From IMG/VR virus record IMGVR_UViG_3300031555_004779: a stretch of DNA of 64,000 nucleotides. One strand, 5' to 3'. Source of the DNA: a virus. Taxonomy: Duplodnaviria; Heunggongvirae; Uroviricota; Caudoviricetes. Position numbers and translations under genes: made by a program. The notes beneath the pieces are model-generated. The model was given only the letters and a program-made list of their open reading frames with translations, was not told where the DNA came from and made no database searches. Below are positions 20,197-28,358 of this stretch, one piece after another; position 1 is the stretch's first letter; each line of letters opens with the position of its first letter.

Positions 20197-20722
20197 AAAT
20201 ACTTGCGCAGAAGCAATGAAGAATTATTATGAGGCTACTTATCATAAACGAGTTTTAATTATTGCTTTTGCCGATTATGTAAAATTCGTATTAAATAAAT
20301 ATTACAACACTCCCGCGGAACGTACAGAAGAATATCGTACTCGCATTCAGCAATTTGCTACCGAACAAGTACGAGCAAGTAATGTAAATTATTGGGCTGA
20401 TGTTGTTAGCGATTTGCTTCTTGCCATTCAAGAAGATTGGGATATTGTAATTATTCCTGATTGGAGATTTGGCAATGAACGAGTGGCGCTAGTTTCTCGT
20501 TTCCACGAATTTGGTATTCCAGTAAAAACTATGTTAATTGACCGTCCTGGCATTGAAGAAGTTGATGGTATGACTGAAGAACAACGTTCTCATTCTTCTG
20601 AACGAAATCTTGACAAATATGATAATTTTGATTATAATGTTATAAATGAAACTTCTCAAATGCAAAAAACTATTCAGCAACTAATTGATATTATAGATAA
20701 GGAAGAAAATAAAGATGATTAA
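20153..20722 (+). CDS. Deoxynucleoside monophosphate kinase-like
   Basis: AARSGKNT P-loop, AFADYVK, IPDWRFGNE, HSSE motifs. Confidence 0.8.
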   Translation: MEKIFLLHAAARSGKNTCAEAMKNYYEATYHKRVLIIAFADYVKFVLNKYYNTPAERTEEYRTRIQQFATEQVRASNVNYWADVVSDLLLAIQEDWDIVIIPDWRFGNERVALVSRFHEFGIPVKTMLIDRPGIEEVDGMTEEQRSHSSERNLDKYDNFDYNVINETSQMQKTIQQLIDIIDKEENKDD

Positions 20723-21848
20723 AATCAACGATGTTTCCGAACTTTTCAATCTTGAGCCTATGAAATATTGGGCGCAATCTTCTACCACTTCCGCTGCGCA
20801 ACAGCAAGCAAAACTTGAAGCGCTTATTGCTTCTGGCGAATATATTTTTTCCGAGAAAACCGATGGTAATCTTATTCGTATGGTGGCAACTCCCGAACGA
20901 TTTGCTCTTCAAACTCGCGGCATTAGTAAGAAAACAGGAGAATATGGTGAAATTCAGGAGAAAGTTTTCTTTGCTGACGCGATGATGAATGCCTTTGAAG
21001 ATACTACTGTTCTTATTGGCGAAGCCTATATTGAAGGCGGTACAGACAAAACTGTCGGCGCTGTTCTTCGTTCTCTTGATGCGCGCGCGAAAAAAGTACA
21101 GGTTGGTGATAATATTGTTAAGTTCCGAATCTTTGACTGCTTCTACTATGAAGGAGAAAGTCTCCTTGATAGACCAATTATTGAAAGAATTAAATATCTC
21201 TCTGATGCCGTATCAAAAATCAATTCTCCTCTCGTATCTTACGTCAAATACTACAACGCTGATGATAAGACCTTCTCACGACTTGAATCCATTTTTGAGC
21301 GTGGTGGCGAAGGCATTGTTATGTACAAGAAAACAATGACTCCTGTTGAAGGACGCACACCGGCGTGGCAGACAGTAAAAGTAAAGCAAACACTTGGACA
21401 GGACGCCGATTGTTTTATTTTTGGAACTAAGCCTCCAAAAATGGAATATGAAGGTAAGGAAATTTCTACTTGGCCTTATTGGATGAATACAAAGACAAAT
21501 GAAAAGCTTGAAGGAAATCATTATGCTGAATTTGTAAACGGCGGTACTGTCGCTCCCATTACTAAACCTTTCTATAATGATTGGCCTGGTTCTATCGCCG
21601 CCGCGGTTTGGGATGAAAATGGTGAAGCGAAAATTCTTTGTTATTGTTCTAATTTGACTGATGAGTTTTGTTCTGAACTTCGTGATAATTACGATGAATA
21701 TCATCTCCATCCTATTCGTGTTCAGGGAATGCTTGTGTCGGAAGATAGATTTGGTAATACGAGTATTCGTCATCCTAAGTTTATGGGACTAAGAGATGAT
21801 ATTGCCGTTGAAGATTGCACCTTTAAAAAAATTGTTGGAGAAGAATAA
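20715..21848 (+). CDS. ATP-dependent DNA ligase
   Basis: SEKTDGN (KxDG), LIGE, FRIFD, EGIV, VKVK, SIRHPKF motifs. Confidence 0.88.
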   Translation: MIKINDVSELFNLEPMKYWAQSSTTSAAQQQAKLEALIASGEYIFSEKTDGNLIRMVATPERFALQTRGISKKTGEYGEIQEKVFFADAMMNAFEDTTVLIGEAYIEGGTDKTVGAVLRSLDARAKKVQVGDNIVKFRIFDCFYYEGESLLDRPIIERIKYLSDAVSKINSPLVSYVKYYNADDKTFSRLESIFERGGEGIVMYKKTMTPVEGRTPAWQTVKVKQTLGQDADCFIFGTKPPKMEYEGKEISTWPYWMNTKTNEKLEGNHYAEFVNGGTVAPITKPFYNDWPGSIAAAVWDENGEAKILCYCSNLTDEFCSELRDNYDEYHLHPIRVQGMLVSEDRFGNTSIRHPKFMGLRDDIAVEDCTFKKIVGEE

Positions 21849-22261
21849 TGAATTATATTTTAAATACTAAAACCAAAAAGGTAGAAATTTATTGGGATAA
21901 TAATAATGAATATCAAGCAATTATAAATTTTTTATCTCAATGTATTTTAACAGAAGAAAAAAATCCATATATTATTAAGGCTAACGAACTATCACCAAAT
22001 ACTATTACTTGGAATACAAATAATTTACCAAACAATATTACTTTTACTGGTAATGCTCTTGAAGGAGTTACTGGAGTTACTACTATACTTGATAGTACAG
22101 CAGAAACCGCTCTTAGTTCTGGTTTAGTTGATGCCACACTAGCGGATATCAATTTTACTGCTACGGCAGATGATATTGCTACAGCGTTAAAAGCAGAACC
22201 CAAAGAATAGTATTGGCTAAATGGTAATCCCATAAATTCTATATAGTAGAAAACAGAATAA
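21848..22261 (+). CDS. Hypothetical protein (ends 22210 in code 11, 22261 in code 15)
   Basis: Translationally coupled to the ligase. Three TAG near the 3' end, then TAA at 22259-22261. Confidence 0.55.
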
Positions 22262-22480
22262 TACCTCCTTGCGTTGTTGAGGTTATAAAAACGCCGCGAT
22301 GTGGACTGCGTAAATGGTCCGGTTAGTGCTAGCCAACAACCTTGAAAAAATTAGCGCCGTTGATATAACGTCAACTGTGTTCCTACGCACAGTATAATTG
22401 TTAGTAGGGGAGGAGAAGAACCTGATATGAGGGCTGAAACACATATCTTTAGCAGAAATGCGGTCATCAGCCTACAGGGA
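22262..22480 (+). ncRNA. Putative structured non-coding RNA of unrecognised family
   Basis: GC-richer intergenic stretch with serial hairpins containing plus-strand G-U pairs, a GAAA tetraloop and loop-to-downstream complementarities (see findings). Confidence 0.55.
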
Positions 22481-22486
22481 ATAAAT

Positions 22487-22515
22487 TTGACAAAAAGTAA
22501 AAATTGAAGTAAAAT
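22487..22515 (+). promoter_or_regulatory. Sigma70/SigA-type promoter
   Basis: TTGACA-N17-TAAAAT. Confidence 0.7.
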
Positions 22516-22534
22516 ATTTAATAAATAAAATATT

Positions 22535-22593
22535 GCTGTTTCGTAGCCCGCTTCGCGGTCTACTCCACAGCCCGTCGTGCTTCGCAACGACGG
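22535..22593 (+). promoter_or_regulatory. Twin-hairpin structured 5' leader or small RNA
   Basis: GCTGT/ACAGC, GTAG/CTAC and CCGC/GCGG nested stem, then CCGTCGT/ACGACGG stem. Both are capped by GCTTCGC. Confidence 0.5.
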
Positions 22594-22604
22594 AAGGAAG
22601 GAAA

Positions 22605-22811
22605 ATGGAAAATGTAAAATATGTTATGCTTTGTTGGGATGAAGATTTGAAAAATAATTCTTTTATAATATTTCTCTCTGATACTATTAGGAGAAATAAT
22701 GGAATAGTTCACTCTTTTTTAAAGAAAGAACCGGGCTATGGTGATAAATATTTTGCTCGAGCAGACTATAGAAGAAAATACCCAGAAGCAAAAATTATTG
22801 ATGTGATGTAA
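22605..22811 (+). CDS. Small hypothetical protein
   Basis: ATG 22605 after GGAAGGAAGG. Confidence 0.5.
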   Translation: MENVKYVMLCWDEDLKNNSFIIFLSDTIRRNNGIVHSFLKKEPGYGDKYFARADYRRKYPEAKIIDVM

Positions 22812-22868
22812 CCGCACTAACATCCGCAGTGCTTTACATATAACTTTATTACTTGGAGGACTAAGATT

Positions 22869-23495
22869 TTGCCTGAATATATTTCTTTTGAAGAACTCGT
22901 AGAAGAGTTAGGTAAAACTAGGTTAGACCCAAAAGACTATTAGTATTATGATAGTCTATTAAATCATAGGACTATTCTTTTCAATAATGTTGTTGCTGAC
23001 AAAATTGTAGAAGAAGTTATTTTGCCATTGAAACGATTTGAAGAAGATAGTGATATGGATAAGGTAACTTTAATTATTTCTACTCCCGGCGGTAGTTTAG
23101 CCGACGGTTTGATTTTAAATAATATTATTGATAATTATCGTAAGCCTTTGGAAATTATTGTTTATGGTTATAGTTGTTCCATGGGAACCTTATTTTTATG
23201 TGCCGGCAACAAAAATCCAAATGTAACTAAAAAATGCTATCCGTTTTCTTTTTTCTTATTCCATCCTGGCCGGCTTAATTTAGATGATAATTCCGCCGCC
23301 GCTATGGATTATATTGAATATCAAAAGAAAACTGACGCGGCGATTCGTGAATACATCATCAATGGAACCAATATAACTGCCGAAGAATATGATAAGCACG
23401 CTCGTGTTGAATGGTATCTAACTGCGAGCGAAGCAAAAGAAAAAGGCTTAATTGATGTTATTATTGGGGAAGATGATTTAAATGACGAAGAATAA
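22869..23495 (+). CDS. clpP: ClpP-like protease (one in-frame TAG near N-terminus)
   Basis: GGAGG RBS and TTG 22869, TAG at 22941, then NHRTILF, ISTPGGS, SCSMG (nucleophile Ser), FHP (His), WYLTASEAKEKGLID. Confidence 0.8.
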
Positions 23496-24735
23496 ACAAA
23501 CAATTTATTTCTACGATACTAGTGCTTTACTCTCTGGTGCTTACAAAGATATGGAATATGGAATCTCTTATATTAGCAGTATTGTTCTTGACGAGTTGGA
23601 ACATATTAAAACTTCCGCCGCCAAAGATAATGATGTGAAATATAAGGCTCGCAAACTTATTCGTTTCCTAATGGATAATGACGGAGAATGGGAGCATGAA
23701 ATTTTCCCACAACGTGCAATTGATAAGGTAATGAAGAAATATTCTTTCTTAACAAATAAAAATGACAGTTATCTTATTGCTGAGGCTTTACTTTTAACAA
23801 AAAAATATCATGTTGTTTTTATTACTCAGGATGCTTGTCAATACTTAATTATCAAAGATAAATTTCCACAAATAAAACCAGAGTACTATATTTCCCAAGA
23901 AAATACCAATGAACTATTTACTGGATGGCGACATTATGAATTAAATGATGCCGTTCTAACTTCAGTTTATAACAACCAAAATGGCAATGTTCTTGGAGCC
24001 AAAGAAAATCAATATTGTGTTCTAAAACAAAACAACGAAATTATTGATGTTGTTGTATGGCGTAATGGCAAGTATGAAGCCTTACATGACCGTGAATTAA
24101 AGAATGCTTATATTGGTGAAAAAATTAAGGCTCGTAATATAGAACAGCGTATGGCAATTGACTTACTTCTAAATCAAGATATTAAAGTTAAGTTACTTGT
24201 CGGTGGTTGGGGAAGCGGTAAAACTCTACTTGCTTTAACTTATGCTTTTGAACAAATCGGGCGAGGTAAATACGATAAATTAGTGTTTGTTCGTAATAAT
24301 ATCATTACGGCAAATACCAAAGATGTTGGTTATCTCCCTGGCGATTTACGCGATAAAACAAAAATTTGGGCAATGTGCTTAGCCGACCATATTGGCGGCG
24401 AGATGATGCTTGACCAAATGCTTGATGAAGGTATAGTTGAAGTATTCCCAATTTCTCACATTCGCGGTCGTAGTATTAATAGAAGTATTGTTCTTTGTGA
24501 TGAAGGTGAGAACCTAACAAAAGAGCATGTTCAATTATTACTAAGTCGTATTGAGAATGGTAGTGAGATTATTTTCTGCGGAGATATTAAGCAAGTTGAT
24601 GCTAAAATCTTTGAAGCAAACAATGGTATAAATTGTACAATTAATGTTCTACAAGATGAATCTCTTTTCGGTATGGTAAAACTTGTTAAGTCAGAACGCG
24701 GTGAGGTTCCAAAACTAGCCGACAAATTTGACTAA
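23482..24735 (+). CDS. phoH: PIN-domain PhoH-like ATPase
   Basis: N-terminal YDTSALL...VLDELE...NDSYLI PIN, ARNIEQ, GGWGSGKT, IRGRS, DEGEN, GDIKQVD. Confidence 0.9.
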   Translation: MTKNKQTIYFYDTSALLSGAYKDMEYGISYISSIVLDELEHIKTSAAKDNDVKYKARKLIRFLMDNDGEWEHEIFPQRAIDKVMKKYSFLTNKNDSYLIAEALLLTKKYHVVFITQDACQYLIIKDKFPQIKPEYYISQENTNELFTGWRHYELNDAVLTSVYNNQNGNVLGAKENQYCVLKQNNEIIDVVVWRNGKYEALHDRELKNAYIGEKIKARNIEQRMAIDLLLNQDIKVKLLVGGWGSGKTLLALTYAFEQIGRGKYDKLVFVRNNIITANTKDVGYLPGDLRDKTKIWAMCLADHIGGEMMLDQMLDEGIVEVFPISHIRGRSINRSIVLCDEGENLTKEHVQLLLSRIENGSEIIFCGDIKQVDAKIFEANNGINCTINVLQDESLFGMVKLVKSERGEVPKLADKFD

Positions 24736-24739
24736 TATT

Positions 24740-24764
24740 GGGCGCGTAAGCGCCCTTTATTTTT
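24740..24764 (+). terminator. Intrinsic terminator
   Basis: GGGCGC-GTAA-GCGCCC followed by a T-rich tail. Confidence 0.8.
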
Positions 24765-24793
24765 TTGACAAAAATAAAATTTTGTTGTATAAT
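24765..24793 (+). promoter_or_regulatory. Sigma70/SigA consensus promoter
   Basis: TTGACA-N17-TATAAT. Confidence 0.85.
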
Positions 24794-24819
24794 TTATATG
24801 TAATGAAAGGAGAATAGCT

Positions 24820-25188
24820 ATGCCTTTTAAACATGTTTATTATGAATGTACTTGTTGTGATACAATATATGAACGTGAAATTGATGCTCTAATGTGTGAA
24901 GAGCGTCATCTTCTTGACGGAAAAGATGATAATTATTCTCGCTATGATTTACTAAGAATTTACAATCTAATTGAAAGTCGCAATGCTGAGCCTTGTGATT
25001 ACTGTAAGCACGCTTATTATGTTTATGGTTGTGAGCAGGAATGTAAATATAGGAACGTTGGTATGTGTCAAATTTACGGACTTGGTAAAGGCAGTAAATT
25101 TTCTCCTAAGGCAGAAGATATTGTGAAAAAATTTGTTATTCATAAAGAAGAAAAGGAGAACTTAAATGATACCGGTATCAAATGGTAA
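24820..25188 (+). CDS. Hypothetical Cys-rich (probable zinc-binding) protein
   Basis: YECTCC...CEERH and PCDYCKHAYYVYGCE. AAGGAG RBS. Confidence 0.7.
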   Translation: MPFKHVYYECTCCDTIYEREIDALMCEERHLLDGKDDNYSRYDLLRIYNLIESRNAEPCDYCKHAYYVYGCEQECKYRNVGMCQIYGLGKGSKFSPKAEDIVKKFVIHKEEKENLNDTGIKW

Positions 25189-25579
25189 TTCTATTTATTA
25201 TTTTAATAATGGTTCTTATGAACGTGTTTGGAAGGCCGAATCTCTTGCTGAAGAAATTGTTAATACAATTAATTATTACAAAAATGTCGCCTCTGAATGT
25301 CGTGAAGAAGCAAATAAAACTCATGAAGAAGTAATGGCAGAAGTGCGCGATGAAATGCGCCGGAAGGATGAAGAAATTGCTCGTATGCCTTTTCGCTTTA
25401 CAGATGTAGAAAGCAAAAGGTTTGATACCTTTACCCACAAGCACTATGAAAAAGGATGCGGTAATTTTCATGAGGGATTTAGTATTTCTTTTGTGGGAAC
25501 TGGTGTTGGTATGGTTTATAAAGTAAAATGTAATAATTGTGGTGAAGAAGAAGATATCACAGACCTTGAGAGTTGGTAA
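25166..25579 (+). CDS. Hypothetical protein with C-terminal zinc-ribbon-like motif
   Basis: GTGVGMVYKVKCNNCGEEEDITDLESW. AAGGAG RBS. Confidence 0.7.
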   Translation: MIPVSNGNSIYYFNNGSYERVWKAESLAEEIVNTINYYKNVASECREEANKTHEEVMAEVRDEMRRKDEEIARMPFRFTDVESKRFDTFTHKHYEKGCGNFHEGFSISFVGTGVGMVYKVKCNNCGEEEDITDLESW

Positions 25580-25583
25580 AAAT

Positions 25584-25612
25584 TTGACATAATAAAAATT
25601 TTATGTTATAAT
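25584..25612 (+). promoter_or_regulatory. Sigma70/SigA consensus promoter
   Basis: TTGACA-N17-TATAAT. Confidence 0.85.
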
Positions 25613-25645
25613 ATATTTATAAATGATGAAAAGAGGTTGATAAGT

Positions 25646-27517
25646 TTGGAATACGGAATAAACTCTATTGAAAGCCTAACTTTCCGAGAAGGTGTTCGTA
25701 AGCGTATTCAAATGTATCTCGGCTCGGATGATATTGAAGGAACTTATCAAGCCTTCAAAGAAATCCTAAATAACTCTACTGATGAGGCCCTTGCCGGATA
25801 CGGTAAGAAAATTGAAATCACTGTTGATGAAGATGCTAATGCTATTACTGTCCGCGACTATGGACGTGGTGTTCCCTTTGGAAAGAGGGAGGATGGCGAG
25901 AATGTTTTGGTATCTATTTACACCAAAAGTCATACTGGTGGTAAGTTTAATAAAGATGCTTACAAAAATTCCTCGGGTTTGAATGGCGTAGGTGGTTCTT
26001 GTGTATGTCTTTCTTCTAAGAATTTTATTGTAAAATCCTATCGCAAAGGTTTTATGGCAACTGCTTCTTTTGAAGATGGTCTGCTTACCAATTATGAAGA
26101 GGCTACCACTAATAAAAAAGATGGCACAGAAGTATTTTTTATTCCAGACCCAGAAGTCTTTTCTAATGGTGAGATTGGGTTTAGTTATGAACGTATTTGC
26201 GAAGATGTAAAAGATATTTCTTATCTTTATCCTGGTATTGAATTTATTATTACTGGCATTTTTGATGGCGAGGTTGTAGATAAGAAAACTTATTGTGCTA
26301 AGAATGGTATTGTTGATTTTGTAAAAGACAATAACAATTCTCCTCTTCATAAATCTATTATCACTGCTACTGTATCTGATGAAATTGATATTGTAGAAAT
26401 TGCTTTTCAATGGGGTCGCGGAAAAGAAGAAGGTTATGTTTTCGTAAATGGTTTGCGTTGTCCAGAAGGTGGTTCACCTATTACTGGCGCAAAGGCTTCT
26501 ATTACTAAGACTTTTAATAACCTTGCTGATGAAAAATTTGATGGCGATAAGATTCGTGAAGGCTTGTTTTATGTAATCAATTGTAAGGTTGCTAATCCTT
26601 CTTTCGCCAATCAGACAAAGAGTAAAATCAACAATGCTAATCTTCGCACGCTGGCTTCTAATGCTTTTAATAATGCTCTGAAAGAAATGAAGGAAGAATA
26701 TCCTGGTGATTTCGACTCAATTGTAGAATTAATGAAGAAAATCGCCAAAGCAGACGCCGCCGCAGAAAAGGCTCGTGAAGCTATTCTAAATCACGAAAAA
26801 AAAGAAGCATCTGCTCGCCGCCGTAAAGTAGCAATGCCTGATAAGTTCAAGGATTGCGAAAAGCATGGACAGGATAGCATGCTAATTATCACCGAGGGTA
26901 ATAGCGCTTTGGGACGTCTTATCGCCGCCCGTAATATTGAGAATGAAGCACTTTATGCCGTTCGTGGTAAAGTGAAAAATCTATTGAAACATCCTCTTGC
27001 CGAATGTTTGGAGAATCAGGAAGTAAGCGATATTATTGTTGCTCTTGGTTGTGGTATTCAAGAAAAATATAATTCTAAGAAATTAAATTACGGTAAGGTT
27101 GCGATTGCAAGCGATGCTGATACTGACGGTAAGAACATTATGTGTCTAATTGCAACCATGTTCTTTGTTCTTATGCCGGAGTTTATCACTGAAGGTCGTT
27201 TATGTTGGTTGCAGGCTCCGTTGTATAAGTTGTCTAAGGGCAAGCAGGCAGTGTTTGCTTATAATGATAAGGAACTTCGTGAACTTGAAGAAACCCATAA
27301 GGGTTGGGAACGTACACGTTTTAAAGGTCTTGGTGAGTTGAGTGCCGAAGATGTAAAGGATTCTATGCTTCATCCTGATAATCGCCGTTTGGAAGTTCTT
27401 ACTATCGAGGACTTTGAAGAGGCCGCGGAAAGTCTGAATATGCTGATGGGTACAAAAGTTGACCCGAGAAGAGAATTCTTGTTTGAGAATGTCGATTTTA
27501 GTGTTTTGAATGGATAA
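25646..27517 (+). CDS. gyrB: Type IIA DNA topoisomerase subunit B (GyrB/ParE-like)
   Basis: VRKRIQMYLG, EILNNSTDE, DYGRGVP, HTGGKF, GLNGVG, QTK, EGNSA, RGK, DADTDG, RFKGLGE. Confidence 0.93.
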   Translation: MEYGINSIESLTFREGVRKRIQMYLGSDDIEGTYQAFKEILNNSTDEALAGYGKKIEITVDEDANAITVRDYGRGVPFGKREDGENVLVSIYTKSHTGGKFNKDAYKNSSGLNGVGGSCVCLSSKNFIVKSYRKGFMATASFEDGLLTNYEEATTNKKDGTEVFFIPDPEVFSNGEIGFSYERICEDVKDISYLYPGIEFIITGIFDGEVVDKKTYCAKNGIVDFVKDNNNSPLHKSIITATVSDEIDIVEIAFQWGRGKEEGYVFVNGLRCPEGGSPITGAKASITKTFNNLADEKFDGDKIREGLFYVINCKVANPSFANQTKSKINNANLRTLASNAFNNALKEMKEEYPGDFDSIVELMKKIAKADAAAEKAREAILNHEKKEASARRRKVAMPDKFKDCEKHGQDSMLIITEGNSALGRLIAARNIENEALYAVRGKVKNLLKHPLAECLENQEVSDIIVALGCGIQEKYNSKKLNYGKVAIASDADTDGKNIMCLIATMFFVLMPEFITEGRLCWLQAPLYKLSKGKQAVFAYNDKELRELEETHKGWERTRFKGLGELSAEDVKDSMLHPDNRRLEVLTIEDFEEAAESLNMLMGTKVDPRREFLFENVDFSVLNG

Positions 27518-27657
27518 AGAAGTAATTGAGGAAATCAATGTGGAATGGGATATGGAATCATATCCCTTCCCAGTTATTATTATTAAAACTGCTCCAAAAG
27601 ATGAAGAAGCAAATGGTTGGATGACTACAACGTACCGGTCATATAAATATAAAAGTA

Positions 27658-27909
27658 ATGAACGAAGAAATATTACCTAATGGTTATAAAGTAAAAAATA
27701 TTCCTGGTTTTAAAAGAGTAACTCAAAAAGAATTTGCTAATTATATTGACACTTATCCTAAGTCTTATGATATAGGATTTCAAGGTGCAATGATAGATTA
27801 CGCGCAATCAAATATAATATATTTTGATTTAAAAACTCAAGAGACTTTTGCTATATTTATTCCAACCGCTTCTAAAGGTTATGATAAATATAATGAATGT
27901 TGTCTTTGA
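27658..27909 (+). CDS. Hypothetical protein
   Basis: Open ORF between the topoisomerase subunits. Confidence 0.5.
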   Translation: MNEEILPNGYKVKNIPGFKRVTQKEFANYIDTYPKSYDIGFQGAMIDYAQSNIIYFDLKTQETFAIFIPTASKGYDKYNECCL

Positions 27910-27941
27910 TATATTAAAATTTGACTTTTGAAAGGATTATT

Positions 27942-28322
27942 ATGGAAAAACAATATAAATTTTCTACTTTGGAAGAATTAGAAAAAAATTATAAAGTTGG
28001 TTCCGTTTTTTCCCAAAGAATTGAACATCATATTAATACAAATGTTTATTATAGCCAAAACGATTTAAGAGTTTATAGAAAATATAATGATAAAGTTGAA
28101 GTCGTAGATGAATTTACTTGTTTGTGCTATAAAACAGTTATTAAAAAAATTATTGTAGATGGCTATCTTTATGATGGTACTTATTGGTATCCGGCTAAGG
28201 TTGGTCATGATGGCTGGTATCAACTTGATGAATTTGACCTATTTGATAAAGAAGAGATAACTTTTGATACTACTGATGGTCTTGCCGACAAACAAAAAAT
28301 TGACAAAATCAAAATTTTATAA
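27942..28322 (+). CDS. Hypothetical protein
   Basis: AAAGGA RBS and ATG 27942. Confidence 0.6.
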   Translation: MEKQYKFSTLEELEKNYKVGSVFSQRIEHHINTNVYYSQNDLRVYRKYNDKVEVVDEFTCLCYKTVIKKIIVDGYLYDGTYWYPAKVGHDGWYQLDEFDLFDKEEITFDTTDGLADKQKIDKIKIL

Positions 28323-28328
28323 TATAAT
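28300..28328 (+). promoter_or_regulatory. Sigma70/SigA consensus promoter
   Basis: TTGACA-N17-TATAAT. Confidence 0.8.
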
Positions 28329-28358
28329 ATAAATAATAAAAAGAAAGGAGTAAGCATA

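Noticed and set aside
22420..22475. Hammerhead ribozyme (CTGATGA on minus strand; CTGA...GAAAC on plus)
   Set aside because: The core elements are not correctly arranged (no GAAA after stem II on the minus strand), and the G-U pattern favours the plus strand.
22262..22600. tmRNA, tRNA/suppressor tRNA, RNase P or SRP RNA (CGGAAGGAAG at 22591 resembles the SRP loop)
   Set aside because: No T-arm GTTCGA or acceptor stem, no GAGGAAAGTCC, and the flanking SRP CAGG/GCAG pairs are missing.
22351..22604. Track ORFs 22351..22587 (-) and the 5' part of 22533..22811
   Set aside because: They cross the structured region and promoter without an RBS. ATG 22605 is the better start.
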